A stretch of DNA of 64,000 bases from Marsupella aquatica. Taxonomy: Eukaryota > Plantae > Marchantiophyta. Both the position numbers and the translations under genes were made by a program. Shown in pieces: positions 1 through 12,194 of the stretch. Below the pieces are notes generated by a model. The model was not told the DNA's origin, searched no databases, and was given only the letters and a program-made list of their open reading frames with translations. The stretch's first letter is position 1. Each line of letters starts with the position of its first letter. The stretch is from assembly GCA_973895155.1 (NCBI GenBank), contig OZ316891.1, forward strand, positions 28,879,611 to 28,943,610, written 5' to 3'.

Positions 1-2963
1 ATTGTGTGTTTATTATATACTGCAAGTTCTTTCTTCATTGTCATTACCGATCCTGAACTAGTGGATGTTGTTTGTGCATTTTTTGGCATGCAGGTAGGGC
101 AAAACAACCGCAAAGCAGTCGGACAAAGGGGGCTGGCCAGGTCAAACCACCAAAAAAGGCCAAGAAGGTGACCTTCTTTGACGTCCCGTCTAACTTGTCT
201 GAACTGACCACATTCGTCAAATCAACATCAAGTGTTACCTCCAGATACAAAAGACACTTTCACACAAGAAGGAGATACACGCTGCAATAAAACTGGTCAC
301 AATTTGCACTTCACAAACAAAAGAAAGGGAAGGACATGTTACCGCAAAGCTGAACTCCCCACTTCCACTTGCTTAGTCACTCTGGCCCCTCCACCAATAG
401 ACTGCCAAAATTGAGACCCGCACCCAGAATGAACGTCCAGTCAATGTCGCTTCTTTGATGTCCCGTCTAGCTTCTCAGAAGTATTGACGGTCTTCAAATC
501 AACAACGAGTGTTACCTACAGGTGCATACAAAATAAATGGAACCATAAATAATGAGGTGAAAATTGTAGCTAAATGTTCAAAGCACAACAAACTGTCAAC
601 TATGATGGCTACCTCTCATCACAATAAAGCACAACATTTGATCTCCGATGAGAAATTGAAGAAAGAGGATAGGAGAGGAATAGTTACCTAGCGGCTAAAC
701 TTTGGACCTTCCACTGTCGCTCCTTCACCTTTAGAGCAAACGGATTGCCAAAGCTTGGTCCTGCACCCAAATGCCCAAAAACTGTCACCAATGCTTGCGA
801 GTTGTCATTGACTAGATTTTACCTACACAGATGACAGTAGCAAGGATTGTCACAGAAGAGAACCTAAGATGGCAGCACACAATGACAACTCATAGCATTT
901 TATCTGGGGGAGAGAGAAGTGCGAGAGGGAATTCTTTACCTCCCACATGAACTGGAGACCTCCAGCTTTCTCGCAATGGGTGGGGAAGTGAGCCCACCAA
1001 CAACAGACCACCAGGCTTGGACCACAACGCAAACCCAAATGTTGTCTCTGGTCAACAATGCACTGTCCTTGCAATGGACATAAACCCTGAAAGCACCACA
1101 AATAGTCAATCATTAAATGGCAAGATACTGTCTGAAAGAACTCATTGCATTCTACATGGAGAGACTAAAGAAAGGAAGTCAGGAAGGGAAGAGGAGAAAA
1201 TCACCTATTAGTTGATCCGAATGCCTGCACTTGGTCGCTTGCTGTTGCTTGTACCCCTCGCCCTTCCAGCAGGCCTTCCAGCACTGGTTCCGTGTATGAA
1301 AGCAATAAACCCCGTCTCAAACCTGCACCCAAAACTCCCCACGCATTGTCACCACAATTGCAAAATGGAAGGATCAAATTTGACAAACATGGGACAAAGT
1401 AACCAGACTGACGATGGCAATGAGCATAGTTGCTAAAGGCGATAAATGGCAACAACCAGAGGCTTTGATAAAGCAATGGCGACAAGCACAGCTACTAAAG
1501 ATGATGGCGGCAACGAGTGGAGCTCTAGCCCGAGCTTCAGCAATGGCGGAGACCATGGACAAGCAATGGCGACACGGATGGCAGATGCGATCACTACAAC
1601 AAGATTGCAAAAAGAACCTGGAACAAAGAGAGAAGAACGCGGATGACAGCAAGCCCGGGAGCAAGCGGGGGACCATTATCGAAATGAGCCGAGGCATGAG
1701 CCCGACATAGAACGCCACGAGGGACGCAGGGAGGCACCAGGAGCCATCGCAATGCACACAAATCTAACCCTATCTAAACTGTCAGCAACATTGACAATAT
1801 GTATGTGCTTAAGCCTTGGCAACAACAACTGCGAGAAATGGAAGCATTTAGATTTAAAAGTTCAAAAGCCCGTTCAAAAGAAAGCACCAAGAAACCAAAC
1901 TGCGAATGCACCAAGAAAACCTTGAAGCAAAAAAATGGTCACCAAGAGTTGGGCCAAGAGTCACAAAAAGTATCACCACAGCAGTGGAGACGGGAGCGGA
2001 GATGACAAGCAGAGACAGTTGGGAATTGGGTCCAAGAGACAGTGAGCGCAGGCAATGGCAAACGACCAAAGATTATCAAAACAACAAGCCCTATCCTCGG
2101 CCCTGTCAATCGAGTGAGTCGTGACCCGGTCGTAGAGTTGAAGCCCGAGCTAAAGCGGAGGCGGCGAGCACAGCTGCTGAAGGCGCCCGAGAAGGCAATG
2201 GCGGCAATGAACAAAGCTCCAGTGATGGCGGAGGCGGCAAGCACAGCTGTTGAAGGCGATGGCAGCAATGTGCGAAGCTCCAGCGATGACAGAGAGCAGA
2301 AACAAGCGATGGCGGCGGGGATGGTGAACGCGATCACTGCTGCAGCAAGATTGCAAAAACAACGAGAAAAGGTTGAAGCGAGCCGGGAAGCGAGCTCAAT
2401 TGGCAGCAAGCAGGGGACCGAGTGAGGAATGAACCAAGGAATGAGCCCTCCACGGAATGCCAGGAGGGACGCGGGGAGGGCGGGGAGGGGGGAGAGGGAC
2501 AAGGAGCCTGCGCCCTAATCCTATTCAAACACATCGGCCCTCTCCCTGGCCTTATCGTCACCACACAATCGGTGCACGATATGACGGAGAGTCAATCTCA
2601 TCCGTCGCCTCACACTCCTGCCACCACTGACTCTAATACCCCCGCCCGGACCCCCATTAACCTTGAAGCAAAGCTGTCAGGACCAAAACCTGAAAACCTG
2701 GAAAACCCCACCCAAACCAGACCCAAACCCCCGCCTAAACCCCACCACAAAACCCCGCACAAAACAAACATTCAGAAGGGACCTTATAGTAGCAATATAT
2801 TAAAACATTAATATAATGAGTACCAACTAACAGTAGACATGTGGACCAATCATATACTGCCACGTGTTGCGATAATTACTACCCCCTTGCCTAAATATAA
2901 TAAATGGGAGTTTCAAAAATACCTTGTTACTTAAAACCTATTCGACACTAAAAAACCCACCCT
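1..2963. mobile_element. Degenerate DNA-transposon arm (MULE-like) with internal duplications, continuing past the window start
   Basis: Diverged internal duplications (~175-250 vs ~450-530; ~1470-1780 vs ~2230-2530). Minus-strand exon-like pieces with stops. Subterminal GACATGTGG/CCACGTG motifs. Ends ...CACTAAAAAACCCACCC, similar in style to the long TIR at 18851. Partner TIR not in the window. Confidence 0.3.
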
Positions 2964-3387
2964 TATTATCTTCTAACTATCTTATAATAATTAGTTCGGG
3001 ATGAATTAAAAATACCCTTGAAGCGTTCGCACGTCCTACCCGTATTATATAAGCTGAGGGCCCAGGGAAGTGCAGGGTCGACAGTGGGAGCGAGAGTGGG
3101 AGAGCACAGGGTTGGCTGGGCACTCTCCCGCCCAGATTTTGAAACGACAGACGGGGATGGAAAGGTTCCGTTATCCATGCCAAAACATAAACCCGTCATC
3201 CATGCCAGAACATAAACTCACGTTCTTTGGTTTATCGGGCAGGCTGCATTGGGCTTAGGGACGGGCAGCATACGGTGGCCCACTAATCTTGGACAGCATT
3301 AACTTAGCGTAGATTTAACTCAGGTCCACGCCTAATATTGTGGACATATTTGTTCCATAATATTGTCCCATAATATTGTCCCACAAT

Positions 3388-3760
3388 TGTGGAGCTTGAA
3401 CCAAAGTGTTGTGGAGCATAAGTGAGATCACCAGGAAGTTGAATGGAGTTGCCAAGTCATATTGTGGATCTTGAACCAAAGTGTTGTCAAGCATAAGTGA
3501 GATGATCAGGAAGTTGCGCAAGTGGGCCATAAGTGAGATGACCAGGAAGTTGAGGGGAGTTGGCAAGTCAGCCTAGCAACTGGAACCCCAAAATGTGTGC
3601 ATTATGGGAAGAGGGATGGGTTGAGTGAAGACAGTGTGTGTAGTGGCACATTTAGGTTTATCTCATGGTTAGTAAAAAATGTCACTATAATGATACAACC
3701 AGGGTTTTAGTTTTATCTCATGGGTAGGAAAAAAATGTCACTATAATGGCATAAGCAGGG
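3388..3760. repeat. Short tandem duplications (~75-bp unit x2-3; ~55-bp unit x2)
   Basis: CATAAGTGAGAT(C/G)A(C/T)CAGGAAGTTG occurs three times in 3417-3555. TTAG(G/T)TTTATCTCATGG...AAAAATGTCACTATAATG occurs twice in 3652-3750. Confidence 0.75.
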
Positions 3761-5494
3761 AGTCTTATCAGAATGACATTTTGTAGATAGACCATGGAAA
3801 AGAAAGAAGGGGATTGCATACAACAATGTTAAGATATTAATTTTATGTGAGGTGATAAATCCAGGAATTTACCCAACTTTTCACGAGGAAGTACAGTAGA
3901 TAGTGCATAAGTATATTGATCTTAGGGTGTCAATTAATTGTGATAAGTCTTTTGCTATTAGACTTGAGGAAGCATATTATGGAGTCAGGTGACTACTCTA
4001 TTCGAGGAAGTCAGGAAAGGGACATGAGAGTCAAACGTCATCCATTAGAAAAGTGGCAAGAAGCAGACAGGGAAAGAGGTAGCAAAGTACCTGTACATCA
4101 AATCTTTAATTATACGGAAGTTTTAAGGAACCGAACGTCTCACAGAGAAAGTGCAACCAGAATGTAACATGTACTAGTGTTCCCTTTTGTTTGTATTTTG
4201 GGCAGGTGGCAATTTTGTATTTGAGGGAAGGGACACTTCTCGCGAGTTGAGAAGCCTCCCTTAGCAAAAAGTGTGTACTTGACTTCTAAGGTTAGAGTAT
4301 GACGGTTAGATCAATGTAAGATCAGATGAGGGCTGCTTATTTTGGTGAATACGTCATTAAAACTTTTTAAAAAGCTCTTTGTATAGCCTCTTCAACTCAG
4401 AAAGGACACACTGGGATATACCTTCACCTTCCACCAGAACAAGCCAGCCTTCCACCACAAACTATCATTCAGGTGGATGGTTCCTTGGAAAAGTCAATTT
4501 TTCTAACCCCATGTGTCTCACTCTTAGATGTTGTCATAGATATTGTTGGCCCAAGTCTATTCCATTGAGGTGATAAGAGGGCAACATCCATTTTTCCTAA
4601 CCCTCAAATCATTTGTGTAAAAGGGCTTTGGTGGTCACACTCTTAGATGCTGCCCACCTGCCTGGCTCTATCTAGTGTTCCATCCAGTGATAAGAGGGTG
4701 ACCTCAATGGTTTTGTGAAGTGTCAGGTCATTCATGTGTAAAAGGGCTTTGGTGAATCCCACTCTGGGGGTAGGTGCAAGAGCTGGTTGCGAGATGAACT
4801 GTAAAATGGGATCCTCACTTGCCACAATGAATATTACTCTTGCTGGGCTATGCTTGCTGGGACAATACATGAGTATCAAACTCTAAACTTATATGAATTT
4901 GCATATATTAAGAGCATCTCCAACAGTCACGCCATTTGCTTACGCTACACATTAAATACAGCGCACCTCCGCTGCTTTTTTTAGGTTGCGCTACAGCCCG
5001 TGCGGGGTTTGTCAAAGGGCAACCCCATCGGTTACGCCATTTTTTGTGCGCGCCATTTTATTTGGACACGCGTCCAGCCGTCCAGCAAAGACGTGGTTGC
5101 TTGTATTGTGTTCGCCCCCTCTCTTCACGGAGGTCCACTCCGCAATGGCAATGTCCGATGTTGGGCTTTGGACATATGTGTGTTGACCTCTCGCATCCAT
5201 AATTTGAGCTTCTTGCTTCAGAGGTTTGCGCCCCTTCGTCCACTGGACTTGGCATGTTGCCATTGAAGGCACTTGTCCACATTGGCTGAAATTGCTGAAG
5301 TTCGACTGAAATTGCTCTGCGACATCGATGGCACATTGCATCACAATGTCTTGTGGATTCCGAAGGAATCACCTGAAGCTTCATGGACACATAAGTCGTC
5401 TCTTGCCATTTCAACATTCACATTTGTGCTTGAATTGTCGATTGATTGGCAATTTCACATCCTATTCGTCAATCAGCATTTCTGTTTGTGAGCT

Positions 5495-6814
5495 ATGGAT
5501 CCCCCTCAATTTCAACAATGGGTAGTTGATCGAGTTGGGTCCGACGATGACATAGAGGATGTTCTTGCTGATCACATCAGCAATCTCTTGGAGGAAGGAG
5601 ACATGCTTGAAGAGATGGCAGAGGTCTTGAATAGAACACATGGAGGCTCGACAGTTGGCCACTCCCCAAATATTTTGCGCGATCATGTCTCAGGGCATGA
5701 CAGGATTTGGGGAGACTACTTTTCATCCTTTGCAGCTTTTCCACCTCATTTGTTCAGGAGGAGGTTTCGTATGAGAAGGGATTTGTTTATACGTATTCAC
5801 AACAAAATTCTTCAGGAGGATGAGTACTTTGTGCAGAAGCCTGATGCAACCGGGAAAGTAGGCCTCAGCAGCATTCAAAAAATGACTGCAACACTCAGGA
5901 TGATGTGCTACGGCTCGGCAGGGGATGCTGTCGATGAGTATGTTTGGATTGGAGAGTCTATTGCAATTGCTGCATTCAAGCACTTTGTGGAAGCCATTGT
6001 GAATTGTTTTGGCGAGGAGTACCTTCGGCACCCTACAGAGGAGGATGTGAGAAGGCATATGGAGATCAATCGAAAGCGAGGATTTGTTGGGATGTTTGGG
6101 TCACTTGATTGCACCCATTGGACATGGAAGAATTGCCCAGTGGGTGAACAAGGACAATTCCTAGACAAGGATGGGTTGAATTCAATTGTACTCGAAGCAG
6201 TTGCCACTTCAGACTTGTGGATATGGCATGCATTTGCTGGAATTCCAGGATCAAACAATGACATCAACGTCATTGATAGATCTCCATTGCTGGTCAACTT
6301 GTTGAATGGAGTGGCTCCCAATGTTGCCTTCTCTGTTAACGGGCATGACTACAAAATGTTCTATCTTCTTGCAGATGGAATCTATCCAGATTACACAATC
6401 TTCATGAAGACTATTGCAGATCCCCAAGGAGCCAAAAGGAAATGGTATGCCAAGAGACAAGAATCAGTGCGGAAGGATGTAGAACGATGCTTCGGTGTCT
6501 TGCAGGCCAGATTTGCAATGGTTAAGAACCCAGCACGATGGTGGAGTAGAGATCAAATGACATTGATCTGGAAAGCTGCAGTCATCATGCACAATATGAT
6601 CATTGAGGACGAGGCTGATGAATTTGACTTGACACATGATTATCTGTTCGATAGAAATGATGTCCAGTGGCAGCACAGGCCACGACCTCGTGTCTCTTTT
6701 GTAGGACTGACTCACAATATAGGGCTTATCGCCAATGCAACAAATGCAAACCAACTTCGAGATGACCTGGTTGAACATCTATGGCAGATTAGAGGTGACG
6801 ACGATGAGGAGTGA
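5495..6814 (+). CDS. Harbinger/Pong-type DDE transposase (439 aa)
   Basis: Motifs FRRRFRM, GSLDCTHW (D1), WIWHAFAG..GSNNDINV, YLLADGIYP (D2), RKDVERCFGVLQARF (E), MHNMIIEDE, LRDDLVEHLW. Uninterrupted ORF inside the TIRs. Confidence 0.95.
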   Translation: MDPPQFQQWVVDRVGSDDDIEDVLADHISNLLEEGDMLEEMAEVLNRTHGGSTVGHSPNILRDHVSGHDRIWGDYFSSFAAFPPHLFRRRFRMRRDLFIRIHNKILQEDEYFVQKPDATGKVGLSSIQKMTATLRMMCYGSAGDAVDEYVWIGESIAIAAFKHFVEAIVNCFGEEYLRHPTEEDVRRHMEINRKRGFVGMFGSLDCTHWTWKNCPVGEQGQFLDKDGLNSIVLEAVATSDLWIWHAFAGIPGSNNDINVIDRSPLLVNLLNGVAPNVAFSVNGHDYKMFYLLADGIYPDYTIFMKTIADPQGAKRKWYAKRQESVRKDVERCFGVLQARFAMVKNPARWWSRDQMTLIWKAAVIMHNMIIEDEADEFDLTHDYLFDRNDVQWQHRPRPRVSFVGLTHNIGLIANATNANQLRDDLVEHLWQIRGDDDEE

Positions 6815-7181
6815 CAGTCCGAGTGATAGAGTGAGGATTTGAGTGAGGGTACACATTAGACAGGGCCAAGTCTGACGTACACAGTCTCTAGTTCGGAGGA
6901 ATTGTATTTGACTTTATTTATATAAATTTCTCCACCATACCTTTTACTTGTGCAAAATTGAAGGACTTCAATGGATTTCTGGAATGTGAGTTTATGAATG
7001 CCATGACAACCTAGTCATTCATCTCATATGAGGTTGCAAAGTACATTAAATCGCAATGCATTGACAATGCAATGAGCAGTAAGTTGTAGCTGGAATATCT
7101 GGTCCAGGCCATATGACTAAATATCGTGATCAGACATACAATGTGTGCAATGGTTTGTGAAATGAATGTTCTGTTTGCACA

Positions 7182-8330
7182 CTACATGAAAGAGTACAAG
7201 TTTCTAATATCCTGGTATTGGAGAGCAGTCCCTGAAAAAGAATCCATCCGGTTCGGACTCTGACTGTCTAGGGGAGTATCGTTTTCATTTGCAAAGTCTC
7301 CTCCTACTGGAGGTGATTCCTCAATGTCCTCACCGTCGTCAGCATCCTCTTCATCTTCGATCCTTTCATCGCCCGGGAAGAGTGTAGAGTTGCATTCTCT
7401 GTTTGCAACATTGGGCGAAATGTTCTCTTGGTGAACTGGAATCGTCGGTGAGAGCAAGGATTCGTCCCTGGAGGTTTCCACAGATTTAAGGTGCTTCGTG
7501 AGCTGTAACTCTGCCACCTCCCTCTTCATTTTCAAAAACTTTTGAGCCTGCAGGTCCAGGTTGTCCATGTTCACAGAGAATAGCTGGATCTCATAAACAT
7601 CCTCCATAGCACGAGCCCTCCGATTCAAAGCAGCGGCAATCTCTGATGTGGAATCGGCCAATGAACTCTTGCTCTTGGCAGCCTTCCTTTCTAGAGCAGC
7701 CAACTCCTTGGCTTTCTTGTTACCAATTGGGCGATCAGTAACCATTTCTGGTGTAGCAATTTTGTTTCCAAGGCTCGATTCATCAGCTAGCTCAATAGTC
7801 TCATTGTCTGCACCTATGCCACTATTGTTCCTCTTTTGCTTCGAAGCTCGCTCAAGATACTTGTCGTTTAGTCGTGCTGCAACCTGCCACTTCGGTGAAT
7901 CCTTCAGGATTTGCCATGCTCCATCCATCGTAAACTCAAGGCCCTTCTTGTGGGTCTGTTGATAAAGCGCTTTTGCCTTCTCCATCTGCTCCTCTTCATT
8001 AGTGCCAGACTCGTTCAGCTCAATGATTGTCAACATCGCTCTTGTGAATTTGGCACAGTCGTGATTGATTTCACTCCATTTTGAGCCCAAGGAGCGGATA
8101 GACCTTGGTACATTCTTCACTACACCTGGGTGCTTCTTCCTAAAATCAGCCATGGCTTTCGTAAAATGTGCCTCAATCTTGCTCCAATACACGTCTGACT
8201 TTTGCTGAGCTCCCACAGATGAGCAGTTGCTGCACGCAAGCCAAGACCTTGCAATCTGCTCAATCTCTATGTTTGAGAAATTTGCTTGCTTCTTCCCCTT
8301 TCCCTTGGCGGAGACATCCTGTGGAGGCAT
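7182..8330 (-). CDS. Harbinger/Pong ORF1-type Myb/SANT-like DNA-binding protein with NAM-associated C-terminus
   Basis: NFSNIEIEQIARSW...GAQQKSDVYWSKI...RSIRSLGSKWSEIN...FTMDGAWQILKDSPKW...RPIGNKKAK, typical of Pong ORF1. First ATG (MPPQD) is at 8330; the ORF track starts at a non-ATG codon (8411). Confidence 0.9.
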   Translation of the reverse strand: MPPQDVSAKGKGKKQANFSNIEIEQIARSWLACSNCSSVGAQQKSDVYWSKIEAHFTKAMADFRKKHPGVVKNVPRSIRSLGSKWSEINHDCAKFTRAMLTIIELNESGTNEEEQMEKAKALYQQTHKKGLEFTMDGAWQILKDSPKWQVAARLNDKYLERASKQKRNNSGIGADNETIELADESSLGNKIATPEMVTDRPIGNKKAKELAALERKAAKSKSSLADSTSEIAAALNRRARAMEDVYEIQLFSVNMDNLDLQAQKFLKMKREVAELQLTKHLKSVETSRDESLLSPTIPVHQENISPNVANRECNSTLFPGDERIEDEEDADDGEDIEESPPVGGDFANENDTPLDSQSPNRMDSFSGTALQYQDIRNLYSFM

Positions 8331-11300
8331 GGCGATGCACTGTGGGAGCTGAAAATTGACAGTGAAATGCAGAACTGACGAATTCTCTGTGTGTGATGCC
8401 AGTGCGCACACTTCAATACGTGCTTCAAGCCCTGTTCAATTTCATGTGTTCATCGCTGTGTGGCAATGACCTTTTCCTGACTTGAAGCGGGAATTGTTTC
8501 ACAGTTTGCATTTTCTCCTTCCCGCATGGAGCTTGAGCCCTTCCAGACCGTCCGATCTGCATCTGAGAGAACCCCGTGAACGCCAAAGTTATCCCGTCGA
8601 TACGCCATATGAGCGGAAGTATAGCGATCCCGTGAGCTCAAACCCCGTTTGCGCATTCTCCGTTGGTGTTAGCGTCAGCCTGTTGGGGTTGCCTTTTTCC
8701 CTCTAAGTGACTGGGTTCAGGCATAACCCCGTTACCGTAACATATACCGCAACCGTTGGAGATGCTCTAAGCAACATTCAGAAAATAATGTGAAGACAGC
8801 CCTCATGTACCATCTCCCTAGTCTTACAGAGTGTGTAAATATCTCGGGCAGACAAGCGCAGGCTAAAGGGCAGCTTGGGCAGACACTTATTTTAGATGGG
8901 GTGTATGGATAGATCTGACAGTGTAAAAAAACAATATTTGGATGAAGGGTCATGATTGGTTCCCATTTTTTCTGCTTGCTTGGAAAATAGTGTACACCAC
9001 CAAATATAATTCACTTTTGGTTTATTATTTCCACTTTTTTCAGGTTTTCATTTTTTTCACGGTTGCATTTTTTGGCATTTTTTGGCATTTTTTTGGTGCA
9101 AGAGTGTATTATAGTTTTTGATTTTTGGTGTAATGATGAAAATGAGCCAAAATTAAACAATAAAGTACCCAAAACTGTTGCGCTAGAGGATCAAGAGATC
9201 AAGAGAGAGACTCTTGGAGTGGACCTATTGTAAAAGTGGACATAAGTCTATGCTGCACTGCAGATCTGATTCATTGAATGAGAATTCTGTCACAAACTCA
9301 GTGTGAGGCACCTCGCCAGTACCTTCTCCCTAGTAAGACCTTTTCCCTACTCACTTGTGTGCCACTCCAGCCGTAGACTTAGCTAAATCTCTGGTTTAGC
9401 TTCCTTGTCTTTGGTCTTGCTTCTTCTCTCCTGAATCCTGCCTCACCGGTTGTAGTTTGGGCACCACAACCTTTGGTCCACCTCGGTGCCGTCCCACTTT
9501 TGTGGGCCACCCATGTTCTATGCTGGCTTTTTGAATAAAATTCAATTGGGTCTTTCTAGGCAAAAAAAGAAGTCAGCATTGGTGACAGAAGATTTGAGAC
9601 GAAGCGCAGTCCCACATCTGAGTAAAACTCATTCATTTTGCTCAATCAAGTCCAGAAGGTTTCACACTTCAGTGAGGAGCTCTAGAATGAGTGGATTGCG
9701 TCTCTCTGACGAGCAGTGGTTCTGTAAGCGGCGCGAAGGCAGCCAACAACTGGAAACAGAGATGTGATTTGGGAGCAAATATCCAACCACTCCATATATT
9801 GTCCTGGCCTTGGAGTGTGTCCAACCACTCCGTTTTCAACATTGCAGATCTCCGATTCGAATGGTTCATTCAGCCCTCGTGATGTGCAATTCTCGAAGCT
9901 GGAGTTGCGAGAGCGATTATTTGGATCAAAACTTATATAGTTGTTAACAGTGCACATCCAGGATACAAATTCGTGGTTCCATCTCCTCTTAGATAAGAAA
10001 TGGTTTGAGGAAAAGAACGCGCTGTACTTTGAAATTGACTTGAAGACTCTCTCAAACCAGCACTGGCGATCTCGTCAGTCTGTTGATTCTTTCTTGTACA
10101 TTCAGCGATGGAATGCACTGTAGTTCGTGGTTTATCGCCGTTACTCGGATCTTCTACAGTGTTACACAGTTGTTCGACTGTGGCAATGGAACAGATTAGA
10201 TCACAACAGTAGCTGAACATCTAAGTGTACCTTCGGTCTGGATGTACATGCACGATAGGCTTCAGTAGACCTTTTTGGGGCATTGCTCAGAAATATGATT
10301 GAATCTTCTAGTACCAGGCTGTCAAGAACCCAGTTCTGATAAGTTTATACATTCCGAACATTGAAGCTAGCATCAGCACTATCTGCCTCTGACACTACCT
10401 CTATTCTACTCATCGCTCTGCACCCTCTACTTTGAGGTAGGTAATGTTTGTCAGAGCTTTACACCAGCCAGACGTACCAACCAGTTGAGTCCTGTTACTT
10501 CTATCCCTTTGACGGATGATTACCCTACTACAACCTCTTTGTCGAATTCGTGGCATGTGGATAGGTGCTCTCGACGCCAATATCGATACTTTCATCCGTC
10601 TGGTCACTCCAACTAAACTTAGAAGTGTGTACTCTGTCGATCACTCTAGTATGAGATCAGGGGAGTGAGACAGTTGAGAAATGATCGAATTGATAAGAAC
10701 AGAAGCGCTTCAATTCTTCAGGATCGGACTCTCCTCCCCAGGTATAGGCTGACCTTCCCCCACCGATGTCGCATACGGGGAAAGTTTCGAGATAGAGCGC
10801 CTATCCTTCGGGATTGGACTCTTGCCCCTGAGGGACGGAGTCCAACTACAGATATCGCAGACAGGGGAAAACGTTTCTGGAGAGTCAGAGAGCCAATCTT
10901 CAAAAAAGGAATCGATCGACAAATCCCTTAAAGGTAGGATTGAGTTAAGGAAAGTCGCTTTTGCTCCACATCACACTGTTTTGCGTTCCTATCACGGAAT
11001 TGGTGGCCTCGCTCTGCGCGCGTAAAGAAAGTCCTCCCTCGGGTAGCTCCGTTCTCCTCTATCATAATTCAGTTCGAACCTAACGTTGTAGCTTTCATGA
11101 CTGCAAGTTAGTATCGTCCCTGTTGGCCCCTGCATTGGCAAACACTCCGTGCGGATCCATCTTCAGATATTGTCGATCACATCCCTATCCTCCGGCTTTA
11201 GAAAATGAACAAGAAAGGCTTTCGGAGAGGCAAGTGCGAAGTACTTACATAAAGAATGGGATTCGTAGCTATAAAGTATGGCAGAATTTACCTTTCTGCT

Positions 11301-12194
11301 GTGCATTGACAATTTTAATTCCACCGCCGCCATCAGGACACGCTTTTGAGACACATGGGATTCTAAACCTGGAGAGAATACTGATGACCGTAGATCCATT
11401 TCGATCAGCTGAGTAGAACGGGATGAATCGCACTATCTCTCCTGGCCGTTTTTTTCGGTACAACATTCCCGTCACCTAGCTTCCATGCATCGGATTTTTC
11501 TTCATTCGGATTGTGCACTGTTCGTATAAATATCCGGTTAACGCTGGAAGAGCTTCAATCAGGCAGAGCACTTAAATCATGCAACATATCTCGTGATTCA
11601 GATTTTCCAACTACGGAGGAAGCAAGAGATTCTGCATCATTGCAACATCGTAGTCTCCGTTTTAGTCCCCAATTCTTGGGGATTCGAAGATTTTTGAAAT
11701 TATTGCAGTTCAAAACTAATTGTATCCAATTCTCGGAATCCCAGTGACCTAAGAATCTTTGCCTGAACGCACTGCATCCGGGGTTGCAGGACTCTATACT
11801 ACTAAGTCAACTGAAAAATGAATCTCGAGGATCGCTGAATAGAAATTAGTTTCAAAGAGGATTCAGGTTTCCCGCATGACTCTGGTTCAAACAATTAAAG
11901 AAGAATCCTCAAGGAAGCTGGAAGAGAATTCAATTAATCAATAAATCAAATATTACATAACTCGCATCATGACCCACTCTCGTATTGTGATGATCAGATT
12001 GCTCAATGGTGAAGCCCCCCAATTTTATAGGCATCTGAAAGATCGCGTCACTCGCAGTTAGTATCGTAGAGGACAATTTTCGATGCTCTTAAAACGTTAT
12101 CGGGAATCTGAGCTTCTATATGACCAGAGCCGCCACGCATTAAGATTCGTAAGTATGACTCGACGATCATGCGACTTTTAAACTCTAATCTCTA

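Larger units (their letters stand above)
4912..8767 (+). mobile_element. Intact autonomous PIF/Harbinger (Pong-like) DNA transposon
   Basis: Perfect 13-bp TIRs GAGCATCTCCAAC (4912-4924) / GTTGGAGATGCTC (8755-8767). TAA target-site duplication at 4909-4911 and 8768-8770. Contains convergent DDE transposase and Myb/SANT ORFs, both uninterrupted. Confidence 0.95.

Noticed and set aside
1374-2811. Multiple 100-190-aa ORFs on both strands
   Set aside because: Arise from GC-rich duplicated TE-like sequence. Frames are not conserved between the two copies.
9696-9768. Functional hammerhead ribozyme
   Set aside because: CUGACGA and GAAAC are present, but helix III and the NUH site are missing and the first pair of helix II is G/G.
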